From Opitutales bacterium (lineage in GTDB: Bacteria; Verrucomicrobiota; Verrucomicrobiia; Opitutales; UBA2987): a DNA stretch of 64,000 nucleotides. Location of the stretch: contig CBDDEL010000016.1 in assembly GCA_965226885.1 (NCBI GenBank), positions 96,001 through 160,000 on the forward strand, read 5' to 3'. This document shows positions 30,015 to 39,526 of this stretch, piece by piece (position 1 is the stretch's first letter; every line of letters begins with the position of its first letter). Under the pieces are notes generated by a model. The model worked only from the letters and a program-made list of their open reading frames with translations. It ran no database searches and had not been told where the DNA came from. Both the position numbers and the translations under genes were made by a program.

Positions 30015-32522
30015 ATGCATGAGGAATCAAATATTGTCGAACTCGTAATCGGAATCATTTCCCTCTTGTTGATTGCCGCCACTGTGCTGGCCTTAACGAA
30101 GCGATTGAAGCTGCCCTTTTCCGTAATGCTTGTCTTAGTTGGGATGGGTGTGGCCTGGCTTTCCAAATTTAACGAAGGAGCCCAATTATTAATCGAAGAG
30201 ATGGAAATATCTCCATCCCTCATCCTTTATGTTTTTCTGCCCACCTTGATCTTCGAATCGGCCTACAATCTGGACGCCCGCCAGTTGCGTCAAAACCTGC
30301 GCCCCATTCTTACCCTGGCCATACCCGGCCTGCTCCTGTCCAACTGTATCATTGGCCTGTTGGTGGTTTTTGCATCCGAGGTTCCCCTGCCCGCCGCCCT
30401 TCTTCTGGGCGCCATCCTTAGCGCCACCGACCCGGTAGCCGTCATCGCCCTCTTTAAAAAACTGGGGGCCCCCTCCCGCTTGACCGTGCTGGTGGAAGGG
30501 GAAAGCCTTTTTAACGACGCCACCTCCATCGTGCTGTCCAAAATCATGATTGCCATCGTTTTGGCCGGTAGCTTTATCACTGCAAATTTGGTTTCCGGCG
30601 TAGAAACATTTATCGTGGTCTTCTTTGGAGGTCTGGTGGTGGGCTGGTTATTGGGTCTACTCACAGGATACGTGCTCGGAAAAGTGCAATCGGACCACGA
30701 CATCGAGATTACCCTGACCACCATCCTGGCCTATGTTTCCTTTATCTTTGCCGAGGAAATCCTCCATGTCAGCGGAGTGATGGCCACGGTGGCGGCCGGT
30801 CTTACCCTGGGCGGCTGGGGACGCATCCGGATTTCCCCTTCGGTCCGCAGCTACCTCGACCATTATTGGGAGTACCTGGTTTTCGTGGCCACCGCCCTGA
30901 TTTTCCTCATGGTTGGCTTAAAGGTTGAATTTATGGCCATGTGGGAACATGTGGATATGTTGGCCGTGGTCATTCTGGCCATGCTGTTTTCTCGTGCCGT
31001 CGTAATTTACGGGCTGATGCCCCTGCTGAGCCGCATTCCTGGTTCGGAACCAGTCAGCAAAGGCTATCAAACGGTTATGTATTGGGGCGGTTTGCGCGGG
31101 GCCATTGCACTGGCCATCGTACTCAGTCTTCCGGCATTCGAGGAGAGGGAGATGTTTATCGTGCTGGTCATGGGGGCGGTCATTTTCACCCTCTTGGCCC
31201 AAGGCCTGTCCATGGACATGCTGGTCAAAAAACTGGGTTTGGACCGCCCTCCCCTGGCTGACCGTCTGGCCCTCCTGGAAGGCAAATTAGCCGGTCAGAG
31301 AATGGCTTTGCGCAGAATCCCCGAGTTGCGAGAGGGCGGCCTTTACTCAAGACCCATCGCCGAAAAATTGCAGCAGATATGTGAGGACGAAATCAATGAA
31401 GTGAAGAATGCCCTGGAAAATCTGCGCAACAGCGAACTCGATCAAAATCAGGAATCAATCCTCCTTTACCTGCGAACATTTGCGGAGGAACGAGCGCTCT
31501 ATTCAGATATGTTCAATAAAGGCCATTTGAGCGAAAGCGCCCTGCGGCAGCTTTTATCAATGCTTGTTCTGCATATTGACGCCGTGCGCTCGTCCGGGAC
31601 TTACCAACCGATTGAGTCCCACAGCTTGCGCGGCAGGCGGCTACAAATATCCCTTTTCCGGTTTCTGCAAAAAATACCCGGACTTTCGACCGAGGTGGAA
31701 GGCCTCCGCCTGGCCTCTATTTCTCAGGCCTATGAACTGGCCTGGGGCCACTACCAAGGGAGCACTCGAGTCCTCGAATACCTGCAGGAACATGCCCATA
31801 GGGAAGTGACCTCCTCCGTGGTGCTGCGGGATGTGCGTTCCCAATACTTAAAAAAACGTGAAGCCGCCCGCCAGGAAATCGATGAAGTGGCCGAGCAATT
31901 TCCGGAATTCGTCCACACCATGCAGGAAAGGCTGGGCCGCAGGATGATCTTGCTGAGCGAGGAGGAGACAGTCGAAGAACACGAGAATCGCGGCCTTATT
32001 TCCGCATCCGTAGCAGAGCAAATGAAAGAACACATAACCCACAGAATGTGGGAACTTCGCGGTCAGGAAGTGGACACCTTGAGGGTTGGACCGGAGGAAT
32101 TGCTGCGCAAAGTGCCCTTTTTCAAGGACATACCAGAGAAGGAATTCGAAGCTATTGCGAAGCGAATGCAATCCCGATCCATTGGGGGAAAAGAAAATAT
32201 TATTCGCCAGGGCGAAACCGGCGCGGCCCTCTTTTTAATCGCTCGCGGAGTGGTTCGAGTTTCCAGGGAAGACAAGGGAGAATCTCGCGATTTGGGCACC
32301 CTTATGGCGGGAGATTTTTTCGGGGAAATGGCCCTGCTCCACGCAGAACCCCGCACCGCCACAGTACGCACGGTCACTCCATGCGCTCTCTACGAACTCC
32401 ACCGCAACGACCTTAACGCAACCATCGAATCCCACCCTTCCATCCGCCAGGCGCTGGAAGAAAGCGACCGGCAAAGAAAAGCCGCACAGACGCAACCCGG
32501 ATTTCCCGCAAAACCTTCGTGA
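30015..32522 (+). CDS. CPA1 (NhaP-type) cation/H+ antiporter with C-terminal cyclic-nucleotide-binding domain
   Basis: LSATDPVAV, VEGESLFNDA, WGGLRGAI; GDFFGEMALLHAEPRTATV. Confidence 0.92.
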   Translation: MHEESNIVELVIGIISLLLIAATVLALTKRLKLPFSVMLVLVGMGVAWLSKFNEGAQLLIEEMEISPSLILYVFLPTLIFESAYNLDARQLRQNLRPILTLAIPGLLLSNCIIGLLVVFASEVPLPAALLLGAILSATDPVAVIALFKKLGAPSRLTVLVEGESLFNDATSIVLSKIMIAIVLAGSFITANLVSGVETFIVVFFGGLVVGWLLGLLTGYVLGKVQSDHDIEITLTTILAYVSFIFAEEILHVSGVMATVAAGLTLGGWGRIRISPSVRSYLDHYWEYLVFVATALIFLMVGLKVEFMAMWEHVDMLAVVILAMLFSRAVVIYGLMPLLSRIPGSEPVSKGYQTVMYWGGLRGAIALAIVLSLPAFEEREMFIVLVMGAVIFTLLAQGLSMDMLVKKLGLDRPPLADRLALLEGKLAGQRMALRRIPELREGGLYSRPIAEKLQQICEDEINEVKNALENLRNSELDQNQESILLYLRTFAEERALYSDMFNKGHLSESALRQLLSMLVLHIDAVRSSGTYQPIESHSLRGRRLQISLFRFLQKIPGLSTEVEGLRLASISQAYELAWGHYQGSTRVLEYLQEHAHREVTSSVVLRDVRSQYLKKREAARQEIDEVAEQFPEFVHTMQERLGRRMILLSEEETVEEHENRGLISASVAEQMKEHITHRMWELRGQEVDTLRVGPEELLRKVPFFKDIPEKEFEAIAKRMQSRSIGGKENIIRQGETGAALFLIARGVVRVSREDKGESRDLGTLMAGDFFGEMALLHAEPRTATVRTVTPCALYELHRNDLNATIESHPSIRQALEESDRQRKAAQTQPGFPAKPS

Positions 32523-33199
32523 TACGGACCGTAGAACCGGAAATCCTTGACACTTTGGCCGAAGACGATCCGGCGGCTTTAAGAAACCGCAAGGATATTA
32601 CCCATTTTAACATCTTGATGGGCAATTTTCATTGGTTTCGCCAAACCATGCAAAAACATCTTCAGGCCGAAGACAAGATTCTGGAAATCGGTGCCGGCGG
32701 GGGCGAGACGGGTTCTTATCTGGCAAAGCGGCTGAATCACGATTTCCCCCTAAAAATTGACGGTCTCGATTTGTGGAGCCGTCCGCTAAACTGGCCGCAA
32801 GGCTGGAACTGGCATCAGGCGGACTTGACCAATTTCGAAAATTACTCCCCCTACTCGTTTATAACGGCCAGCATGATTTTGCATCAATTCGAGGAATCCG
32901 ATTTGCGCCGGTTAGGGGAAAAAATACGCCGCCATGCCCGCTTGATTCTGGCCAGTGAACCTGCCCGCAGTCGAGCCAGCCTGTTTCTGCTTAACCTCGG
33001 CAAACCCATTTTAAGGTATAACCGGGTTACCGAACACGATGCCCGTATCAGCATTCAGGCCGGTTTTCGCGATGACGAACTGCCCTGCATGCTGGGCCTG
33101 CCGCCGGAGGAATGGGATTGGACCTGCCGAACCGGTCTGCGGGGACAATACCGCATGATCGCCATCCGCAAAGAGAGAATCTCTGAACCACCGGCATGA
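32519..33199 (+). CDS. Class I SAM-dependent methyltransferase
   Basis: EPEILD, LEIGAGGG, MILHQF, HDARISIQAGF. Confidence 0.85.
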   Translation: MIRTVEPEILDTLAEDDPAALRNRKDITHFNILMGNFHWFRQTMQKHLQAEDKILEIGAGGGETGSYLAKRLNHDFPLKIDGLDLWSRPLNWPQGWNWHQADLTNFENYSPYSFITASMILHQFEESDLRRLGEKIRRHARLILASEPARSRASLFLLNLGKPILRYNRVTEHDARISIQAGFRDDELPCMLGLPPEEWDWTCRTGLRGQYRMIAIRKERISEPPA

Positions 33200-34212
33200 A
33201 GACCATTAGCATTGTGGGAGGCGGACTGGCGGGCCTTTCCCTCGGCATTGCCCTTCGCAAGCGCTCGGTGCCCGTTTCCCTTTTTGAGGCCGGCGAATTT
33301 CCCCGCCATAAAGTTTGCGGAGAATTCATGGCCGGGGTAACCGGCAATACCCTGGAAGAATTGGGCATCGCCGAACACATGGAGGGAGCCGGCAAACTTA
33401 AAACCACGGCCTGGTTTTATCGTGACAAGCTTGACCGCAAAGAGGACCTGCCACGACCGGCCATTGCCCTATCTCGTTACACCTTGGATAATCGAATGGC
33501 GCATAAATTTCGACAGTTGGGGGGCGATCTGCAAACCGGAAACCGGTTTTCCAGTAAAGACGATGCCCCCGGGCAGGTGTGGGCTACGGGTAGAAAAAAA
33601 GGGAAACCTCTCTGGTTGGGGTTAAAAATTCACAGCCTCGACTTTCCCCTCCAGAGCGACCTCGAATTGCACCTCGGCAACTACGCCTATGCCGGCGCTT
33701 CGCCCGTCGAAAATGGGCGCGTAAACGTCTGCGGCCTGTTCCGGCGTCGGCCGGAAATAAAAGGTGAAAAAAAGAACCTCCTTCAGCTCTACCTCAAAGC
33801 TTGCGGCATGAATTCGCTGGCAGACCGTCTGGCCCGCACCCGCACCGACCCGCAAAGCGCCTGCGCCGTGGCGGGAATCGATTTCGCTCCGGCAGAACGC
33901 TCGAACAAACGCCTCTACCTCGGAGACCGCTATGGAATGATTCCTCCATTTACGGGAAACGGCATGTCCATGGCCATCGAGTCCGCCGCCCTGGCCGTCG
34001 ATCCTCTGACCGATTTTGCCTCTGGAAAAGAATGCTGGACGGTTGCCGTGAAAAACATCAATTTGCGCCTACGAAAACGATTTCGCGTGCGGCTGTGCCT
34101 GTCCCACCTTATCCATCCAATGCTTTATCATCCTAAGTGCCAACCCATTCTTGTCATGGCGAACCGGGCCCGGCTCCTGCCATTTCAAACCTTATACAAC
34201 CACCTGCATTGA
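33196..34212 (+). CDS. FAD-dependent oxidoreductase/monooxygenase
   Basis: IVGGGLAG, RHKVCGEF, GDRYGMIPPFTGNGMSMAI. Confidence 0.88.
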   Translation: MKTISIVGGGLAGLSLGIALRKRSVPVSLFEAGEFPRHKVCGEFMAGVTGNTLEELGIAEHMEGAGKLKTTAWFYRDKLDRKEDLPRPAIALSRYTLDNRMAHKFRQLGGDLQTGNRFSSKDDAPGQVWATGRKKGKPLWLGLKIHSLDFPLQSDLELHLGNYAYAGASPVENGRVNVCGLFRRRPEIKGEKKNLLQLYLKACGMNSLADRLARTRTDPQSACAVAGIDFAPAERSNKRLYLGDRYGMIPPFTGNGMSMAIESAALAVDPLTDFASGKECWTVAVKNINLRLRKRFRVRLCLSHLIHPMLYHPKCQPILVMANRARLLPFQTLYNHLH

Positions 34213-34227
34213 TTTGCCCCTAGCTAA

Positions 34228-35256
34228 ATGTATCTTCAATCCATTTCTAACCTAGTTCCCCCGCAGGCGCTGACCCAGGAAACCTGTTGGGATATTTTTA
34301 AAAATTCCCCCACCGCCAAACGCTTGCAGCCACGATCCGTCAGCCTCGTGCGGAAAATCTTGAAAGGCGACAGCGGCATAGATAAGCGGCATTTCGCCCT
34401 CGACGACCTCGAAAACCTGTTTGAACTCGACGCCGAATCGCTCAATCGATGCTTCGAGCATGAAGCCCCCAAACTGGCCCGCCAGGCACTGGTCAAAGCC
34501 CTCCATAAAGCGGAACTGAAACCACAGGAGATCAACGCCCTTTTCATTTGCACCTGCACCGGTTACATATGCCCCGGCGTGACCAGTTATGTGGCCGAAC
34601 AGACCGCCATGAGGCGCAATACCTACTTGCAGGATATCGTCGGCCTGGGCTGTGGGGCGGCCATTCCCACTTTGCGCAGCGCCAGTAATTTTTTAAGCGC
34701 TTACCCTGAGGCCAAGGTGGCGGTCATAGCTGTCGAAATTTGCTCAGCCGCTTTTTATATGGATGACGATCCGGGAGTGCTCATCAGCGCCTGTCTTTTC
34801 GGGGACGGCGCCTCAGCCTCCATCTGGTCGAACGACAGGGACAAAACCGGATTGCATTGCAATAATTTCGACCTGATCCACCTGCCGGAAGACCGGGACC
34901 TTCTGCGATTTGTCAATCGCCTGGGAAAACTTTGCAATAAGCTCCACAAAACCGTCCCCCAAAAGGCGGCCCAGGCAGTCAATGCTCTTTACGGCAAATT
35001 GAACGGCACGGAAATCAGCCAGGTCATCAGCCATGCCGGAGGCAGAGACGTTTTAGAAGCCATTCAGAATATAATCCCTGAATTCAAGTTGAAGGAAAGC
35101 GCAAAAATTTTAAGACAATTCGGTAATATGAGCAGCCCATCCGTTCTGTTCGCCCTGGATGAATTCTTAACCAACAACACGGTGAAAAAAAACCTTTGGT
35201 TGACCTCTTTCGGGGCCGGATTTTCCTGCCATTCCTGCCTCGTTTCTCCCCCTTGA
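34228..35256 (+). CDS. Type III polyketide synthase (chalcone/stilbene synthase family)
   Basis: Cys-His-Asn triad in GLGCGAA, SHAGG, GNMSS; LFGDGA; FGAGF. Confidence 0.93.
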   Translation: MYLQSISNLVPPQALTQETCWDIFKNSPTAKRLQPRSVSLVRKILKGDSGIDKRHFALDDLENLFELDAESLNRCFEHEAPKLARQALVKALHKAELKPQEINALFICTCTGYICPGVTSYVAEQTAMRRNTYLQDIVGLGCGAAIPTLRSASNFLSAYPEAKVAVIAVEICSAAFYMDDDPGVLISACLFGDGASASIWSNDRDKTGLHCNNFDLIHLPEDRDLLRFVNRLGKLCNKLHKTVPQKAAQAVNALYGKLNGTEISQVISHAGGRDVLEAIQNIIPEFKLKESAKILRQFGNMSSPSVLFALDEFLTNNTVKKNLWLTSFGAGFSCHSCLVSPP

Positions 35257-35265
35257 TTCCTCAGA

Positions 35266-35909
35266 ATGGCAAACGCCGGAAATGAAAGCCATCACAAGCC
35301 GGGAGATGAAAACGGTCCATGGCGGCTTCGGCTGGACTATAATTCTCCGGTCATCCTGACCTTTACGCTACTCTGTGGATTGATTTTTATATTAGATCGC
35401 TCTTCCAGTGGATGGTTCAGCCTCAACCTGTTTTCCATTTCTCCCGGCTTTACATTAACGGAATACGTTCATTATCCGAAATTAGTGGGTCATGTTTTCG
35501 GACACGCCAGCGCCCAGCATTTGACCCTCAACCTTTCCATCATCCTGCTGGTCGGCCCCATACTGGAAGAAAAATACGGCCCTTGGCCGTTGCTGACCAT
35601 GATTGCCATTACGGCGCTACGGCGCTGGCCACCGGTTTGCTTCATGTGCTCTTTTTTTCCTACGGTCTGCTCGGCGCCAGTGGGATCGCATTTATGCTCA
35701 TTTTGCTGAGTTCTTTTGCCAATGCCAAAGCCGGAACCATTCCCCTCACCTTCGTCCTCATCCTGATTCTTTATCTCGGAAATGAATTTTTAAGCTCCGC
35801 AAACGAAGACAACATTTCTCATTTCGCCCATATCCTGGGTGGAATTTGCGGGAGCCTTTTCGGTTTTTTCAAATCGTGGAATCTTCCACCGCGACGTATG
35901 GAAGATTGA
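35266..35909 (+). pseudogene. Rhomboid intramembrane serine protease (about 211 aa), frameshifted by an 8-bp tandem duplication
   Basis: ACGGCGCT x2 at 35611-35626; corrected frame ITALATGLLH leads to GASG and SHFAHILGG. Confidence 0.9.
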
Positions 35910-36570
35910 CTTTTCCATTCCGCATTTCTTCCACCAAAACTGACAAGGACTCAAAGATTCCATGGGCCATGCGCTCGATTTCCGGGGTCGGCACGATCAG
36001 GTCGGGTATCATGAAAACAGTCATCCCGGCGGCAATAGCGGCACGCACACCCATTTCGGAATCCTCCAGAACGAGGCATTTTTCAGGCTCGGTCTGCAAT
36101 AATTCAGCCACTCGCAGAAAAATATCCGGCGCTGGTTTGCCATTTTCCACTTCATCACCCGCAACGACAAACTCAAACCTCTCCGCCAAACCCGTCGAAT
36201 CCAGCTTATGCTCAGCCAGTGTTCTGCGCGTGGAGGTGCCCACCCCACTGGGAATTCCCTCCACTTCCAGGTAGTCCAGCATCTCGAAAACCCCCGGTTT
36301 AACCGGCGCTGGTTTTTCCCGAAGCATTTCACAATAGTGAATATTGGCACGTTCAAGAAATAAATCGATGGGAAAAGTTTCCTCCAACTTAGCCCGAAAC
36401 AAGGTTTTAATACCTTTAGAATTACGACCGATAGCCTGCAAAGAGAGAGATGGCGGGATGGCAAAGCCAAGCTCCCTGCCCGCTATCTGCCAAGCCAACT
36501 GGCTGATCGGCTCGGTATCGAGCATCAAGCCATCCATGTCGAAAATAACCGCTTCAATAGAATTTTTCAT
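35869..36570 (-). CDS. HAD-family phosphatase
   Basis: FDMDGLMLDTE, GKPAPDIF, LEDS. Confidence 0.92.
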   Translation of the reverse strand: MKNSIEAVIFDMDGLMLDTEPISQLAWQIAGRELGFAIPPSLSLQAIGRNSKGIKTLFRAKLEETFPIDLFLERANIHYCEMLREKPAPVKPGVFEMLDYLEVEGIPSGVGTSTRRTLAEHKLDSTGLAERFEFVVAGDEVENGKPAPDIFLRVAELLQTEPEKCLVLEDSEMGVRAAIAAGMTVFMIPDLIVPTPEIERMAHGIFESLSVLVEEMRNGKVNLPYVAVEDSTI

Positions 36571-36619
36571 CTTCCCCACTGCTTATGGAGAACCAAAGTT
36601 TAACTGTCAAAGCGTCAAA

Positions 36620-37174
36620 TTATTCCGAAATCTCTTTTTCGGCGTATTCTGCCGCTGTCATCATGTAGGAGGAATGTTGGAGGCCGGTGGGCGCATAAAA
36701 TTCATCATGGGTGTAGCGGAATCCAAGTTTTTTGAGCAAATGGGCGGAAGCTTCATTTTTGGGATGATGGCCCGCGAACAGGCTGTTTACTATCACCGTT
36801 TTAAAAGCATGGTCCATAACGGCTCGGGCTGCTTCGAAAGCATAACCTTTCCGCCAAAACCGGGGGCGGACTTGAAAACCAATTTCGTAAATTCCCTTGG
36901 GCAGGTCGTAAGGCCTCAGCCCGCAGCAGCCGGCATGTTCATCATCGCAAAGAATAAAAATGGGCCAGTACTGGACCCCGCAAAACTCCGCATTGGCCAC
37001 TTCCCGCCGAATCCTGTCCCTGGCCTGCTGCCGGGTGAGCAATCCATGCGCGTCGATCAATCGCGTAACTGCCCGATCCCCCCAAAGTCCGAAGGCCAGA
37101 TCGAGATCGTCCAGCGTCCAAAGCCGAAACCCCAGACGCTCTGTGCGAAGGAAATACGAGGGCTTGTGCGACAT
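36620..37174 (-). CDS. GNAT (RimJ/RimL-like) N-acetyltransferase
   Basis: LRTERL, EIGF, FWRKGYAFEA, NEASAHLLKKLGF. Confidence 0.9.
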   Translation of the reverse strand: MSHKPSYFLRTERLGFRLWTLDDLDLAFGLWGDRAVTRLIDAHGLLTRQQARDRIRREVANAEFCGVQYWPIFILCDDEHAGCCGLRPYDLPKGIYEIGFQVRPRFWRKGYAFEAARAVMDHAFKTVIVNSLFAGHHPKNEASAHLLKKLGFRYTHDEFYAPTGLQHSSYMMTAAEYAEKEISE

Positions 37175-37198
37175 GGCATAAGAAATATACTAATATAA

Positions 37199-37288
37199 TG
37201 GCGGAAGGGGAGGGATTCGAACCCCCGGTACCCTTTCGGGCACTCTGGTTTTCAAGACCAGCGCATTCGACCACTCTGCCACCCTTCC
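37199..37288 (-). tRNA. tRNA-Ser (anticodon TGA)
   Basis: Acceptor stem GGAAGGG/CCCTTCC plus GCCA end; anticodon arm CTGGT-CTTGAAA-ACCAG; long variable arm; GGTTCGAATCC. Confidence 0.97.
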
Positions 37289-37472
37289 CTGCGGGTCTGG
37301 AAATATTCGATTGCCGTTTAAAAAAGCAGACGGCCTTGTTTCGGCTTGGTTATATGATTCCACTTTTTACAAGTTTACGAGGCTAAAATAGACGGTTTGC
37401 ATGGCCGGTTTTTCTTCTCGACCTACCGCAATCGGTTACTTTAGATAGTCCTCAATAGCATGGGTAGTGGCA

Positions 37473-37494
37473 ATTAGGAGCTCATTAGGAGCTC
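37473..37494 (+). repeat. 11-bp perfect tandem duplication containing AGGAG
   Basis: ATTAGGAGCTC x2 immediately before ATG 37495. Confidence 0.9.
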
Positions 37495-38640
37495 ATGTTT
37501 CTGGATGAATCCTATCGCAGAATATTGGGAATTATGGAAATATCAGAACATCCGTTTTTCGATCGTGTTGACAAAGAACAGGTTGATGCACTGGTTACGG
37601 CCGCTAAAATCGAGCATTATCAGCCCGACACGATAATATTCGAGCAAGGCAGTCCCTCCGAAGGACTGGACTTGGTGTTGGAGGGAGAAGTTGCCTTTTG
37701 CAAGTTGATGGACGACGGTAAATCCCGCGTCGTCGGGTATTCCAAAGCGGGCACATTTTTTGGCGAAATCGGCCTCTTTACAGAACAGCCGCGGGCCTTA
37801 CGGGCCGAATCCAGGGGCAATGTCGTGATTGCCAACATTCCCCGCAATGCCCTTTTGGGGTTTTTCAAACGAACTGAAGGTCCCTTCGACAGTATCCTGC
37901 AAAGCATTATCAACCATCTCAACGAAACCACCCGCCACTATATGGAAGACATGCTCCAGCAGGAAAAACTCTCCATGGTGGGCACCATGATGAACACTAT
38001 CATTCACGATTTCAAAAACCCCTTTTGCCTCATCAGCCTGGGCGCTCAATTGATGGCCCAAATGCACCCCGACGAACGTTCGCAAAAATTGTGCCGCAAT
38101 ATCGACGACCAAATCACACGCATGGTCGAAATGGCGGAGGAATTGAACGCTTTCTCCCGCGGCGATCAAAACCTGCAATTAGCGCCCATCTACCTGAATC
38201 GAATGATCGAACGTTTCAAGGAGCTGAATTTTCCCTATTTTCAGAACGAAAAAATAACGGTCGAAATTTCACTCCCCGACATCGTAATCGAAGGGGAGGA
38301 AAACAAGCTGCTGCGGATTTTGCAAAACCTGGTCGGCAACGCCATTGACGCCTTTGGCGAGGATTCCGGTAAAATCACCATCACCGGGAAAGTCAAAGAC
38401 GATGACTTTTTGCATTTGGAAATTGCCGATAACGGCAACGGCATTCCCGAGAAGATTCAAGCCCGCTTCTTCGAGCCCTTCGTAACCTATGGCAAAAGCA
38501 AAGGCACCGGCCTCGGCACCGCCATCGTCAGGTCGGTGGTGACGGCCCACGGCGGGTCCATACACTTCGAAACCGAATCCGGCCAAGGCACCACCTTCTT
38601 CATCACCCTGCCCCCAAAACAAACGGTTGCCGCCTCCTGA
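37495..38640 (+). CDS. Cyclic-nucleotide-binding-domain sensor histidine kinase (start may be 37534)
   Basis: GTFFGEIGLFTEQPR; IIHDFKNP; NLVGNA; DNGNGI; GTGLGT. Confidence 0.9.
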   Translation: MFLDESYRRILGIMEISEHPFFDRVDKEQVDALVTAAKIEHYQPDTIIFEQGSPSEGLDLVLEGEVAFCKLMDDGKSRVVGYSKAGTFFGEIGLFTEQPRALRAESRGNVVIANIPRNALLGFFKRTEGPFDSILQSIINHLNETTRHYMEDMLQQEKLSMVGTMMNTIIHDFKNPFCLISLGAQLMAQMHPDERSQKLCRNIDDQITRMVEMAEELNAFSRGDQNLQLAPIYLNRMIERFKELNFPYFQNEKITVEISLPDIVIEGEENKLLRILQNLVGNAIDAFGEDSGKITITGKVKDDDFLHLEIADNGNGIPEKIQARFFEPFVTYGKSKGTGLGTAIVRSVVTAHGGSIHFETESGQGTTFFITLPPKQTVAAS

Positions 38641-39507
38641 GTGGGACTTGTTTTAAAAAGGGCAATGGATAACCCTATATTGATGAGAACAGGCCAACTT
38701 ATTGGAATATTATTTTATACTGGCCTCATTGCGTTATTATTGAACTGCGCCCGTGGGGCGGAATTGGATCCTTTTTTGAAGCGTTTGGAGGATTCTCCGA
38801 GGCATCATGAGTGGGTTTCATTGGAGGGGGCTGAGGGTAAGCTTTCCGCTTTTGTGGTTTATCCCGAAGTGAGCGGCAAGGCGCCCGCCGTTCTCGTTAT
38901 CCATGAGAACCGCGGATTGAACGATTGGGTGCGGAGTGTGGCCGACAAACTGGCCGAAAACGGCTACATCGCCATTGCTCCCGATCTTCTTTCGGGCAAA
39001 GGCCCCGGTGGTGGCAAGACGGCAGATTTCGCCAGTAGCGACGATGCCCGCAACGCGATTTACAAGCTGGATGCCAATGCCGTTACAATAAACCTTCAGG
39101 CTGCCGCCAATTATGTAAAAGCCCTGCCCTCTTGCAATGGCAAGCTGGCAGTGGGCGGTTTTTGCTGGGGCGGTTCGCAAACCTTCCGTTTCGCTACCGA
39201 TTACAAGAACCTTTCAGCGGCCTGTGTTTTTTACGGAACGGGACCAAATGAAGGCTTTAGTAATATCGATTGCCCTGTTTACGGTTTTTACGGAGGCAAC
39301 GACAACCGCGTCAACGCCACCATCGAAGGTTCCCAACAAGCCATGAAAAAGGCGGGCAAGGAATACCAGCCGGTTATTTACGAGGGCGCCCAGCATGCTT
39401 TCATGCGCCGGGGTGAATTGGCCACGGATGAGGAAGATGCCAACAGAAAAGCCCAATCCGAAGCATGGAAACGCTGGCTGGCCATATTAAGACCTTTTAA
39501 GGAATAA
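38641..39507 (+). CDS. Dienelactone hydrolase family protein, probably exported (start probably 38683)
   Basis: IHENRGLN, GFCWGG, HAF. Confidence 0.92.
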   Translation: MGLVLKRAMDNPILMRTGQLIGILFYTGLIALLLNCARGAELDPFLKRLEDSPRHHEWVSLEGAEGKLSAFVVYPEVSGKAPAVLVIHENRGLNDWVRSVADKLAENGYIAIAPDLLSGKGPGGGKTADFASSDDARNAIYKLDANAVTINLQAAANYVKALPSCNGKLAVGGFCWGGSQTFRFATDYKNLSAACVFYGTGPNEGFSNIDCPVYGFYGGNDNRVNATIEGSQQAMKKAGKEYQPVIYEGAQHAFMRRGELATDEEDANRKAQSEAWKRWLAILRPFKE

Positions 39508-39526
39508 CGATCGAAAGTCAGCTATT

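Noticed and set aside
37199..37288. tRNA-Ser as an island integration site
   Set aside because: No integrase and no duplicated tRNA 3' end seen in the window.
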